DNA of 64,000 nt. Origin: Eutreptiella sp. 'Long Island Sound 2002' (lineage: Eukaryota > Protista > Euglenida). How positions within the stretch are numbered: position 1 is the first letter of the stretch; the number at the start of each line of letters is the position of its first letter. Made by a program: the position numbers and the translations under genes. The DNA is taken from the NCBI GenBank assembly GCA_964036045.1, contig OZ038378.1, positions 2,108,001 to 2,172,000 on the forward strand, read 5' to 3'. Below, in pieces: positions 50,179-63,101 of this stretch. The notes beneath the pieces were generated by a model. The model saw only the letters and a list, made by a program, of their open reading frames with translations, was not told the DNA's origin and did no database searches.

Positions 50179-50460
50179 CCCGGGGGGGGGGGCGACTCCG
50201 CGGGTCCTAGGACGCCAACTACCCCTGCCCCCCCCCCCCCCCAGGGGCCAGTTAGTTGCCAAAGGTGTTGCCCTCAGGCGTCCATGGGCGCCAAAGGCGC
50301 CTGATCCCCCCCCCCCCAAGCCCCTCCTAGACCCCCCCCCATTCGCCCCTCCTTGAACCCCCCTCCCATCCCCCCCCCCCCCCCCCCCCAGGGGCCTCCT
50401 GCCAACAGTTAGTTGGGGGGGTAGTTGGCGTCCAGAACCGAGGGGTCGCCCCCCCCCGGG
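50179..50460. mobile_element. CCCGGG-TIR MITE (282 bp)
   Basis: TIRs as in 38307..41584 and an exact 8-bp TSD GTTCTACC at 50171-50178 and 50461-50468. Confidence 0.85.
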
Positions 50461-51537
50461 GTTCTACCGGTCCAGCGATGTCCAATCAGCAACCCCCTTA
50501 GTTGAAGAGGCGCCTGAAGATGTGATGGTGATGTTGATGATGATGATGATGACTGTCGGCTACAGCCCCAGGCGGACGTCAGCATTGCGTCAGTCATTCA
50601 GACGCCGTGTGCAGTCGCGAGCTCGCTCCACGGTGGCCCCCGCACAGGGGCCGGCACACGCCATGGCATGGGCGGGATTGGGGTGAGGAAGGGGTGCATT
50701 GACTGTATATAGCCGTGCTGTCGTGCTGAATGGGCGGAAAGGGCGCTGGAGTAAGTGATCGGTACGTTGCTGCAGTGATGTATGTTAGCGAACGCGATGA
50801 TGGACTTGAAAATGGTGGGGCGTTGCGCACGGACACACACACACACACACAGCCCCCCCCCATCTCTTACGAAGGGATGCATGAGCTGGGCTGTGGGGAG
50901 CGATAGGGCACACGAGCATGCAATGTGCATGCATTCGGCAGAGTGCTGTACTTGTGAGCAGTAGGACAGGCATTCCACTCCCACCCACAAAACTGCACCA
51001 ACCCCCCGGCCCCAGCGCAGCAACAACGCTGGACCACCAACGCACGGGCCGTCCACAGTGGAGGCACACATCCACAACCCAAACCACTGTGCCCAAGCCG
51101 GAAGCACCAACCGGCACACGTATTCGGCCTTTCCTCGCCCCCACCCCCAGAACAAGATGTTGTTGCCGAACATTTTCGGCCATTCTCAACGTGCTGTGGA
51201 GGTCGCGAGAGGGGAAGTCAGGTTTTGAACTCGGCGGGGGTGGGGGTGGTCTCTGGCGCCGACGGCGCGCAAAAAAACTTGGAGCATTGAAAATGGTCAA
51301 ATTTGTGTTTCACCAAATACATGGCCATGAATTTTCTGAACCCCCTCGACACGCTGATTCCAAAAAATGCCATTTTCATTTGTTGCCAAATTGCGGGTCT
51401 GGCCACTTCCGGGGCCTCGGGACACAAACTTCCGGGCCTTCCCCTTCCTCTCTTGTAGAGGAGCCCTCACCCGCACCCTGCCCCCTCTTGCATCGCCTGC
51501 AGGTCTGCACACACCCTCTGCGCATCCACGTTTGCAG

Positions 51538-53322
51538 GAAACGGAGGGGAAGCTGCGAGAGATCCAAGTGAAGAAGGCCGCGCACGGCATCACGCTGCTG
51601 CAGCGCATCCACCGCAGTGTCGCCACGCGCCGCCGGACGATCCGCATCATGCAGGAGGCCCGCCGCCAGGAGGAGTTGCGGGTGAAGCGGAACGGCGCCG
51701 CGTGCCGCATCCAGCGCTCGCTGCGGTGCCGGCTCTGCCGGAACGCCGTGTATGCGGCGCTGCAGCAGCTGAAGGCGGTCCTGGTGCTGCAGCGCGCCGT
51801 AAGGCTGTTGCTGGCGCGCGCGCGGCGGAAGAGGGCGGCAGCGGCCGCCGCCGCGAAGGCGGCGGCGCACCGCATCAAGTCCCGGGGCAAGGCCAAGCCG
51901 GCCGAGCTGCCGCCGTGGGGCACAGGGCGGCTGTCGCGGCCCCAGGCCTTCCCGGTGTGGTGCGACCTGCTGGACTGGAGCCTCTCGCTCGTGGGGTACA
52001 TCGATCCGCACCGCCAGCGCCTGGCCCAACTGCACGAGCGCATGGTCGCGATGACCGCGAAGCCGAGGCCGACCGCGCCGAAGAGGCGCGAGGCAGAGCC
52101 GGAGCCGGAGGAGTCGGACGACGACGGGGAGCCTGTGCCGGAGGTGGAGCAGGAGATGCCGGGCCGCTTCCTTGAGGACGGTCCCCCGCCTCCGCGGGAG
52201 ACCCATGTCGACGCTCCGGAGGCTCCCGATGCAGCTTCAGCGCCCACGCGTGTGCCCCCCCCCAGCGCCGCCCCAGCGGCGGTGTCGCCGCGCCTGGGCC
52301 CCGGGTCCGCGGCCGTCCTCGGGCTGCAGCGGTTGTCTGCCGCACGACGGAAGTCGCCCCCGGAGGTCCAGGACCGCACGGCCGCTCCCGCTCTCACTCC
52401 CGCGATGGCGGGGGCGAGGCCCGGGGCCGCGGCTGCCCCCGGTCCCAGCGCCGCCGCACCGCAGACGCCGGGGGGTGCGGACGGCAGCGGTCCGGCCCCC
52501 GTGCCCATGGCCGGCACAGTGCCGCAGCAGCGGAGGCCTCCTGCGCCCCATGCCCCGCCCATTCAGCCCATGCCCTGGGACTTCGGGGTTCTGACGGGGC
52601 CAGCGCCCTGCGGCCCCGCGGAGCAGCCCGACGCCGTCCCACGGCCCGGGACGGCCTCGGCAGCAGCGCCCGCGACCCCCTTGCGGACCCCTGCGGCCGT
52701 CCCGCTGACCTCCACTTTGTCGGTGAAGCAGCGCCTGCTGCCGGGGGCTCAGGGCCGGCACGACGTGGCGGCCCCCACCGCCACCGCGCCGCCCCCGGCG
52801 GAGGCGGCGCTGCTGGAGGACGGTACGAGGCAGAGCCCGGCGCAGTCACTTGCCGTTCCGGCGGCGGACGACTGCATCGAGGTTCGGTTGGGCACGGGCC
52901 AGACGGTGCGGGCGTCCCCGGAGCGCGTGAGCGCCGCGCGGCGTGCGGAACAAGTGGTCGCGGAGATGGTCGGTTTTTTGTCGGCCGGGGGCTGCGTCCG
53001 ATGCCGGCGCTGCGCGAGCACCCATCGCGTCGATGTGGAGTGCGGGGCAGCGGCGGGGGGCGCCGGGCCCGGTGGCCCAGGGCCGGTGGCGTTGGACGCG
53101 GAAGGGTCCGCGAGCCATTCGCTGCGGTGGGCGGAGGACAATGCAGAGGCAGTGCGGGCGTTACTGCTCAGCCACCACCGCACCCTGACGACCATGGGGC
53201 ACGGGCTGCGGCACTGGGCCATGGCGGACTATCAGTGGTACAGTCAGCATTTGACCACGCAGCACCTTTTGGTGGTGGCCCTGCAGCAGGTGGACTGGAC
53301 TATGCTGGAGGCACTTCCTCAG
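51538..53322 (+). CDS. Gene B exon with three degenerate IQ-like motifs and an Ala/Pro-rich region (595 aa)
   Basis: TTTGCAG acceptor and CAG|GTGACC donor, phase 0/0. Motifs LLQRIHRSVATRR, RIQRSLRCRLCR, VLQRAVRLLLAR. Strong GC codon bias. Confidence 0.88.
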
Positions 53323-56300
53323 GTGACCCCCGTCCCCACTGGCCCTGAGATTCATAACTGTACTGGGCCGTTGGTCAAGGCGCTTATTGTCTTGCGGTGT
53401 TGTGGTTCCTTGTTCCCCTCACTATGAACGATCGTCTTAGAGATTCCGTGGCAGAGCTGCGGTACCTTCTGGGGGCCTGAGTCTAACAGCCCTGAGTATG
53501 GAATGTCCCCCTCCGGCCTCTGCACACACACGGACAGCTGATCCTTTCCCTGCAGGTGCGATGTACGCTCTGACAGGTAATGCATTTTGGGCAGGGATCC
53601 CAGTTCTGGATCCGAAAAAAGAGTCATCTTCATTTGTGTTTGTCTGAGGTGTTGCCTGTTTGCCTGTTTGTTTGTTTGAGATTCACGAAATTCTTCAGGC
53701 GGCTGAAAGCAAGCTGTGTTCCGTGGACCATTGTGCAGTGTCATTTTTCCTCCCGGTGCTTCTGCACATTGTTTTGTCACGGGCTGGTTTGTGCATATTT
53801 GGATTCCATACATCAAACCCCAGGTTGGGTTTTATCTCAAGCTACGTTGCTCCAAATCCCACATTGTGCAGACCGAGTGTCAGCACATTAGATTCAACAG
53901 CTGGAGTCTGTTTTTTGTTGTAATCTATGGAGAAACCCCCTGGTGCTCCATTTCGACCCCTTTCTCACAGAGTTCTCATTCTTTTCAAGCAATCCTGCTA
54001 AAACAGATCCAACGGCAAAGTTTTGCTTCCGAAAAATGGCATCAACTGTGTTTGAGGGTCTCCTCCACTACCTCAATCAAGGTCCCGGCGCGTTGTGCAA
54101 TTCGCGCGCCGCTTGATCTGCCAATGTCTTTGGCGGAAAACACCTACTCCTCGTGGTGCCCACTAGGACCTGGAGGTGCCTGTTTGCACCGTGGTGAGCA
54201 AAACTTGGTTGGCCTATGGCTGTCACTGTGCGTCAATTCGGATCCTGGTCCCAGGGAATTTTATTTACTTCTAAATGGACCCCGTAAGCAATGGGATCCC
54301 GGGCTCCATCTCAGGCGTGGGTTGGTTGGAAAATGGTGATTTCTAAGTGACCTCCAACAACCCGCGGGGACCCTTGGGCCAGGCTTCGGTGACCCACAAT
54401 AGGCGTGCGTATAAGCCGATGGGGAGCCATGTAGCACCAATCAGCCCCCCCTTAGCGGTGCTTATTGGCCCCTAAAAGGGCTGTTTTGCGCCTGTTTGGG
54501 CAACACCATCATTTGGTGACATACATTTGGGATACAGTTACTCTAGCACCCATGGGCACCCATGTAAGCGGTTGCTAGACCCATGTAACTGCCGTGCCCC
54601 GCCCCGAAAGCCCCGGCATTGCTATTTGTGCATAGGGACTCCCCACGCCTCTTTCAAGGTGCCTTGCCGAAGGCAGTGTATTTTTTTTATGTTTGGCTGC
54701 TTTTTGCATGAATGACAGGCAGCTTCGCAACACCAACTGACTGGACATAGTGCAGTAGGCAGCAAAGGTTGCCCATTCGCCCGATCCTACAAGTTTGGGA
54801 AGCAATTTTTCTCGCAAACACGCTCATACAATTTGGTGCTCCTTGCTTGTTGAAAAGCCACTGAAAGCCACTCTAGTTCCACACCTGTTTTTGCATCGCT
54901 TATTTTGAAACTCCGGAAGAGGTTTGGGTTAGGGTTAGGGTTAGGCATGAAGAAGCCCCCATGGAAGTATTGTGTTGTCTAAGCATGGCAACCCCAGGTG
55001 AGCGTTGTTTTCCTGATCTTCCCCATATTTGCGCAAGTGAGGGGGGGTTACCATCTTCCGTGTGTATAGTGCATTTAGAACCACGCACTTTCCAGTGGGT
55101 GAGTCTAGCCTGGGGATCGACTGTATGTACACAATGTGGAACTACCCCTGAGGTATCCCCCAGTCAGTGTCTGGTATATGCCCGAAACCTCTCAGTGCCG
55201 CCATATTCCTTCTCCCTTTACCCAAAGTACTTCCATCTGCTAAATGGGATGGGCAGCTTGAATTCACGTTTGGCGACCTTTGTGCATGTGCTCACTGTTG
55301 CTCTTATGCTCAGGACCTGCAGCAGCTGGCACACGTGTGGGACGCCCACAAGCATCGGCTTGATGCCCTTGCAAGGGTACTGGCGATGCTGGAGGCCGGA
55401 GGGTCACTGCCTGACCGTACGCAGATGACACGTGATGTCAAGTGGGAGGTGCAAGTGTTGAAGCAGTTGATGTGTGATTATCACATGTCCTTCCTGAAGA
55501 TGAAGATGGATCTTCTGCGTCTTGAGGGTCGGCTTCACGGCCATTTACCATCCTGCCACCCAACACCACCTCCTCTGCTTGGCTCCAAGGAGGCTCAATG
55601 TCATTCTGCCATTGCTGTGCCCCAGCCTGTGCCTCTGATCCCGGGCCATGGCAATCAAGACTCAAGTGAACATTCCAACGGAGATTCTACCAGCACCGGC
55701 GCAGGAGTGCCCGTTATGGCAGAGGTACATACTGGCCCATCCTCATTCTCATGTTTGTGCCCTACCATTTCCCCTGTCCAGGCCCATCCATGTGCCCATG
55801 CCCATGCGCATGATGATGGTGGGAACCCCAACAACAACATTAGTTGAAAAATGACAAATGTGGACTCACAAGTGTGAGAACTTGGAGACTCTGATGCAAC
55901 CTTTGCCACATAAAGGGCACCAACGCCAAGAGGAGACTCTTTCCAGTCATATTAGGGTCTCTTAGGTAAGAAGGCAACGCATATCGGGCACAGATCCATG
56001 CCATGCCCCCACACAGGCCGAGGCTTCCTCGTGCCCATGCCCATGCCTCCACAGAGTCCACCCCTGTGTTGGGAACACCATGCTTTTGACGGGTGCGGGG
56101 GGCAAAAGGGGGTCAACTAGGCGACCAGAAATTTGCTCTCGGGCGGGGGGCGGGGGGCGGGGGGCGGGGGGCGGGCGCTCGGGCCCTAGGATGGTGTGGG
56201 GTGGGGAGGTAAAGAAAATGGGCTCCCAACTCCAAATTTTACCCGATGCTGATAGGTGGAAAACAATTTTGGAAACAATTTTTACCTTACTTCAATTATT

Positions 56301-56747
56301 ATAGCAACAGGCAAACGTCTTAGTAAAAACAAAATTTTATTTCTTTGTTAAAGTGAAAAACTTGGTAAACATTGATTATCTTTTTCACAAAGCCACAAAA
56401 AACAAAAAGCATCGTTTCTTCCCAAAAGGAGACCCCCAACACGGTCGGGGTGATGCTGCCACTTTGCCCACATGTGGGCCCCCGAGACAGCACTTGTGAT
56501 TTTGTCCCCACATTGTGCTTATGGGACCCCTGAGGAGGCAGGGGTTATGTAGCCACTTTGCCCACACATGGGCCCCTGAGACGGCAGGGGTTAAGTTGCC
56601 AATTCTGATTTTGTCCCGGCGGTGCTAATGGAAGTACGTTGGCGTCCGGCCCGTTAGGCACGGTCGTGTGAGGTGGGCAATTGCCACCCATGTGTAGCCG
56701 CTGCATCTGTAGGAGTTCAAGCTGCCCTCCCATAAAGTTGGCAAAAA

Positions 56748-57099
56748 GGGGGGAGCACTTGACGCAGTGCGCGCGCGCGGCGCAGAGATTTAGCCATGTG
56801 GCCCGACCAAGCGGCCATGGATTAACTAGTGACTAGGCCGGAAGAGCTATAATTTCCTTCCACTATTAGGACAAGGGTCGGAAGAATTGACAATCCAGCA
56901 GGGAGACCCCAAACTAGGGTGGTGCCATCTTATGTATTTTCACCTTGGGTGGCACCAGATAGGGCAAGACACACAATGTTTGCGCATGTTTTGTACCCAA
57001 GGGTTTGCTCTCCTTAGGGGGCACGTTGTGATGGGGTAAAAGCAACCCCATTCCTGGTAAACCTGCCTTAAAAGTAGCACGCGGCGCAGATACTCCCCC
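56748..57099 (+). mobile_element. Harbinger-like MITE, same family
   Basis: GGGGGGAGCACTT left end, AAAAGTAGCACGCGGCGCAGATACTCCCCC right end, AAA on both flanks. Confidence 0.6.
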
Positions 57100-59388
57100 A
57101 AAAGGCCCGAAGGGTTGTCGAGGACGACTCCCCCAATGACAGTAGCTGTGATGGTGAGCCTCTTTCTCTTTGACCACGATGTGAAGCGTGAGTTGGTTGC
57201 AAAGCACTCATGGATAGCCATGACTCGTTTTGGGAATCCTCGCAAGAGGTCGAGGCGCTGCTTAGTGACGACTGGGAGCAGCCACTACATGTCACGATTC
57301 CGGGACTGTCTCCTCAAACATATGAGTTGGAGGCACACCAATTCAAGGAACAACTGTGCTACGGACAATGCTGAGATTGTGGAATATTACTGGTGGCAAG
57401 CCAAAATTGCTCTTAGTGCGGATAGGGACACAATGGGTGTGGCATGGTGGTGTCCGTGATTCATTGTGGAATGTGTCATTTGCACATCAGCTGCGTAGAC
57501 AGGCTTTGGTTGAATCATGGGCGCACCGCACTTTGCAAGCGGCATCCATTGATATGGCTTTTCCACAACCCTTGATTGTGGTGCTTCTAAGTTTCTAATC
57601 TGGCCAATTCACATTGGGTGCTCCGCTTGTTGTTGAATACCCCAACATGTGAATACCTCCGCCTTAAATCGGACCCCCAATGTGACCAACAACACTTAGT
57701 TGGTGCAAAGATGGAGGAGTTGGCCATTGTGGATTTGATTGCTGAGTGAGAAGACCTTCAGCCATGAGACCGGAAGAAGTAGGTGAGGTTTGGGGAGCTT
57801 TTGGAAGTCCTGCTTTTGCAATTGCACCCTTGTATTTCGTCTCGGAGGAGGTGGATGCGAGTTGCCATCTAGTATGTCTCTTCATGTTGCTTGGTGCCTT
57901 GTCTGTTGTCAATAGCAAGAAGCAATGACCACAGGATAGATTTGTGGTTGTTGCGTGAAATGGCACAAGTTGCTTTGCATTGCAGCGGTTCTAAGTGCGC
58001 TTCACCACCCCGGACCACAACGATGAATTGGGCCGCGGCTCGGTTGTGCCTACGCTCAATCTATGGGCCCCATGAGTCTTGTGACTTTTGTGATGGCATG
58101 CCCTACATAGTGTGCCCTAAATGTCGTCATCTACAGTGTGAGAGGTATGCGTAGGGTTGCGCCACGCGTTGCGGGCGCAGCTGTTGACGCAACTGCGCAA
58201 GATGGTTTCAATCTGCACCTCCTCTCCCATGTTTGTAGAACCCATTTGACCTCATTCTTATCGTATTCTTATCGTTGAACCGCCTGGAGGCACTTCACTC
58301 CAACCAAGCACCAAATGCACCCATTGCAGTAGATGTACCACAAATACACTTGACCACATGGAAACGGCCCCTTTCTAGGGATGAGGTGTGGCCGACCGCG
58401 TTGATTTGGGGGTAAGGAATATCTTGTTCTTGAACGGTACCCCAAGAATTCGCCTAGGAGATTGTACAACAACAAAAAGGCAATTGAACACTTGGACGGC
58501 AAGTTGACAGGTGTTCTTCGGGACCTGTGTAAAGCCAATCCAAAGGCTGCAAAACCCAGCCCTAAAGACACAAAGGCGGACCTCCTATACAAGGGTTTAT
58601 TTTGTGATTACCGATGAAAGGACACATGTTCCCTCAAAATATATGTATGTGTAAAAACCATGTAAAAGCACACATGTGCAGGATGGTTTGGCCTAGGTGG
58701 GGTGCCACTCACACGAGTGGCCAGGAAATGACCCCAGAGCTTTATGCCCTCTAACAAAAGTACCACCTACTGTTCATAAATTTATTTTTACTTACCACAC
58801 CCCCCTTTTTTGCTAAGTAACTTCACACTTCGATGGTAGGTCATAGATTTATTATTACTAAGTTTTATCTCTTTTCTACTAGGTTTTGCCACGGTTTACG
58901 AAGTTTTACCTCGTCTGATATTACCACACACCCCCTCAGCCCCCCCCAACAACGCCAGCACCTGGGGCCACTCAGTCGCAGCCCACAGAACACCCACCTG
59001 GGACGCATGTTTGGGCAAGGCACGGCACAGCTGTGGGCCCGGTCATGCTCTGCCCCACGCTGTCTCACACACCCATGCCCGTGCCCTGCACACAGCGACC
59101 CTAGCACCAGCTCATGACACACACCAAGCACCCTGACCTCCCCCCTCCCCCATTTCCAAGGTGCCCCTTGCCCCAGTTGTCATACGTCACCCTCTGCGCC
59201 ACGGGGGCTGCACGCGCGCTCCTCGTTTGCGCGCTTCCCATGGAGAATGCGTCTCGAGCTTCCCGCCAGCAACCGCTGGGCGCCAAACAACTACAACCAC
59301 AACCCTGCCCATGCCTTTGTCAATACCAGAGCCCGTGCCCAAGCCCGCACCACGACCTATGCTCACCGCTGCACGTGCGTCTCCATAG

Positions 59389-60867
59389 GCTGAGATTGCT
59401 GCCGTCCTGGAGCGGCTGGAGGGGCACAAGCAGGAGCTCACAGCCCAGGCTCGGGAGCTGGCAACCTCTGCGGATTCGGACGCCTTCGAAAGTGAGACCA
59501 TGGAGCGGCCGGTGGACAAGGGGATGGAGGAGACGGTGCTGAAAGCAGCAGGGGCACTGCAACTGCGGCTGTTCAACCTGCGGAATCTGGACATTGGCAC
59601 GTACGATCTTCTGGCAGTGCCCGACCAGCCAGAGCTGCAGGTGCAGCCCACCCTGCAACCCACAAACGTAGACTGCACCGCATCACAGACATCTTCGGAC
59701 ACACTGCAGCCGGGCCCTAGTGTTGTGATCACTGCGGAGGACGTCACGGAGGACGGGCTATGTGCATGGCCACAGCAGTCGTCTGCAAGAAATGAGGCCG
59801 AGAGCGTGGGGAAGGCAGAGGCCGCGAACGACAGCTGCGAGCGGCAGTCGGAAGCGACGGCCACCAGCAACAGCTGGTCGTGGGGGGATGCAGTGGCAGC
59901 AGCGGAGGGGGGCGTGGAGGCGGAGGGGGAGGCGGAGACGGAGGCGGAGGCATTTTGGGATAGCGGGCAGGCCATGAACCCCGGCAAATGGCCGCGGCTG
60001 AACCGCGTGACGCGCCTCAGCATGGACTCCCCCTGCGGCCTGGACCCCCGCCCTCTGCCCCCCGGCGGGCGCCTGACGCTGCGCCTGCACGCCTCGCGCC
60101 TGGCGGTGCAGCCCCAGACCTTCGGGGTGCAGGTGCCCAAGGGGGACAAACGGGTGCCGATCGCGGAGCAGCTGTCGAAGATGCGGCACGTGTTCCACTT
60201 GTTGCCGAAGCCCAAGGCCCCGCGGAACTGGGGCGAGGCGAGGCCGGACGCCGAGACCGTGGGCTACGACGCCGCGCTCAAGCTCGTGCAGGAGTCGTGG
60301 AACCCGGGGGCCTTCCCGAACTTGCTCGTGGAGCAGTCCGGCGCACTGCAGTGGCTCGGGCATTTGGAGGACAGCGGGTTGGCGGCGGTGCAGTCCCTGG
60401 CCGACCCCTGGAAAGACACGGTGCTGACCCCCGTTTGGTCGCCGCCGTCGGCCTCCGCGCCGCCGCCGCCGCCGGCAGAGCCCGGGGCTGACCACACGAA
60501 CACCCGCGGCGCCGGTGCGCTGCCCCTTCTTGGCAAAGCCGATGCGGTTGCGTCTGCGGGTGATGCATCAGAGGCCCCTGTGGACTGGGCTGTGTCCGAG
60601 GGCAGCAGGACGCCCTCGGAGGCAGGCTCAGTAGTGCCCGAGAACGAGGCGGACGCGGCAGTGGCAGTGGACGCGGAGGTGGTGCTTGATGATGGGTCGT
60701 TGGGGCCTACGGAGGGCACCATGAGCCTTGTGGAGGAGCACCCTTCGGCCCTGCTGGAGGCCTGCCGCACCGCAGCGGAGGCGGTGCGGCAGAGCTCGGC
60801 GCATCGGCTTCTGCGCTGGCAGGCCCCGGCAGAGCCCTTCACCATCGCCCCTTTGTATCAGTTCCAG
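59389..60867 (+). CDS. Gene B exon AEIAAVLERLE...PLYQFQ (493 aa)
   Basis: CCATAG acceptor in frame with ORF 59500..60984. CAG|GTCGTC donor followed by a pyrimidine-rich intron. Phase 0/0. Confidence 0.85.
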
Positions 60868-62768
60868 GTCGTCCTTCTTTGCCCCCGCTTGTTTGCCCAC
60901 CCGCGCTCGCCCCCTCCGTCATCCCGCGTCCCTCCGCCCTCCCGCCGTCCCTCCCTTCCTCAGTCCCTCCCTTCCTCCGTATGACCATCTGATCTCAATA
61001 TCAGTCGCCCCCTTGCCGTGCTTGCACCCTTTCCCTTACGCGCTGTCATGCACCCCTTGGGACGGGGCCAAAAGGTTTCCGGGGCGGAGAGTTGCTTCAA
61101 TTTTCATGCCAGCAGGGGGGGGGTTGGCAGAAGCCCCCCACCCCAGCCCACCCTTCCTCCACTCAATGGTCGGTGCGATTGTTGCCTCATTTGTCCACGC
61201 AGTGTCCGCTTAGGTGCCCAGGGTTGGGGGCAGGGGGGTCTGGAACCATTCTTTTTTCCTCAAAAATTGGCCATTACGGTTGACTTTTTGGGTTTTTTGT
61301 TCTGCCTGTTCTGGTCAGGGTTCAGACCGACTGCACTGCACCGTGGGTATGGGGTCCAAGATTGTTTTTGGACCATTTGTTTTCATATCCCAGGCCTTTT
61401 TGGAAACATTTGCACACACACACACACACACACACACTCACTCACACACAAGAGCAGCAAGGCACCAGCACCGTGAGAAATTGACCTCACTTGGGCTTGG
61501 CTGACACCTTTTCCCCCCTGCTCCACCAGTGTGTCAATCTCCAGGCACCCACAGCACGCAGCCGGCCCGAAAATCAGAACTCCCCACATCATACCATCAA
61601 ATCACAACCCAACACTCTGAAAAGTGGATACCCCATCCCAAAAATAGGGGGCAGGGGGTGGATGCCCAACCAAAAGCTGGAAAAAGCGGCACCGGTGACC
61701 ACCATATCGCAATTTCTTCCCCTGCCTGTCTGGCAGCAGCAGCCAAATGTGGCCAAAATGTCAATCAAAAGCAGAAGTTCTCAAACATATCATCACATGG
61801 TGACCTAATGAAACCTTCAAAAATGAATTCACCACCCGAAAAATAAGGAATGGGGGCTCATCACCCCAATCTTCTGAAAAAGTGCCAAAACGCTCCGCGT
61901 TAGCACATTATGAATGCGGCCGAGAGATATAGAAATGCAGTGATTCATTGCTCCATTTCTACCCTATGCGTATTACATCACAGATGTCTATCCCAGCGCT
62001 CATATTTTGGCACCCGATCCAACTGCTGCCCCATTCATAATGTGACGATCAAGCAATAATTTTTTTTTCGGTTTACAGAGAGACTCACCAGACAGAGGAG
62101 ATAAGAAGCATGCAATAACGAGCAAAATGCGCGTCCTACTTTTTTTTTTTGAGTGTTTCAATGACACTGCTGTGTGATTTGGCGACAGTAGCAAGGGAAA
62201 TGGCTTCATAATGATGAGAATCACATGAATCCCATCCAACACTCAGCACTAAAACAACCTCATTGATTGACAGCAATGTGACTGGTAATCAGCTGTCTCC
62301 TGCTTTTTTGTGTTTGTTGTGTGTTGGTGAGTGAATTGACCCAGAACGGTGATTTTCGTTTGTCTGCTGCTGGCAACATGATTCCTCAGTGTCCTATCTG
62401 GGTCTAGCAAACTGGAACATCATTTCCCAGGAATTGGGCACATTCCAGCAAGCTCCTAACCCCCTGGACGCCCCCCTCATTTCCTTGAACCTGCGTGGGT
62501 AGGGCTGTTTTTGTGGCTATTAATTTGTGGGGCGAGGGGGATCATGGTGGGGCTGTTTGTGTTTGGGGTGCCAGGGTTTGATGTACTAGCTCGCGATCTG
62601 TCGTGTCACCGGTTGTTGGTTGTGGTGCTTTGTCGTCATGCGTGGGTATGGGTGGGGAGGTGTGGGGCAGAAGCAGCACTTGTGAGCGTGTGCCAAAAAC
62701 GCGTTTTCGCGGCGCTGCTTCTCGCAGAAGAGGCAGTTTTCTTCGTTACTCATTGTGCAGTTGGTAAA

Positions 62769-63101
62769 GTGGGCCTTAAGCGCAGTGCGCGCGCAGTGCA
62801 ACTATTTGGGCGCCTGGCTGTACTAGAGACCCATACTTTCAGATACTCGGGGCCCCTAGGGGCATCATGGGGCCTCCCCTTTTCAAGCGCAGTGCCTCTT
62901 CCTGTACCGTCACAGGGGCGATGGTAGGGGGAACCATGGGGCGCCTCTCCACGACCGAGTGCACCTACCTACCTACTTGAGCTGGGGCAGTTTGGGTCAC
63001 CTAATTCTAAGGGCGTTTCCAAGGGGTGTGCTTGGGGGCTCTTTGGGGGGAACATAGTCTAAAAGTAGCGCGCAGTGCGCGCGCAGTGCAAAGATTCCCC
63101 C
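62769..63101 (+). mobile_element. Harbinger-like MITE related to 20346..21074
   Basis: Shares GCGCAGTGC(...)AACTATTTGGGCG...GACCCATACT at the left end and GTCTAAAAGTAGC...CAGTGCGCGCG at the right end, finishing AAGATTCCCCC. Left TIR is degenerate and no TSD is visible. Confidence 0.6.

Noticed and set aside
51297-53348. Antisense and alternative ORFs such as 51297..52562 (421 aa)
   Set aside because: GC-rich shadows of the gene B exon.
55167-55847. 226-aa ORF in a gene B intron as an independent gene or exon
   Set aside because: No ATG start, no compatible splice phases found and no recognisable domain. Likely repeat-borne; left uncalled.
59187-60900. Antisense ORFs of 342, 245 and 193 aa
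   Set aside because: Shadows of the gene B exon 59389..60867.
62050-62080. TTTTTTTTTCG resembling the 3' end of the Euglena spliced leader
   Set aside because: The upstream leader sequence is absent. It is simply a T-tract.
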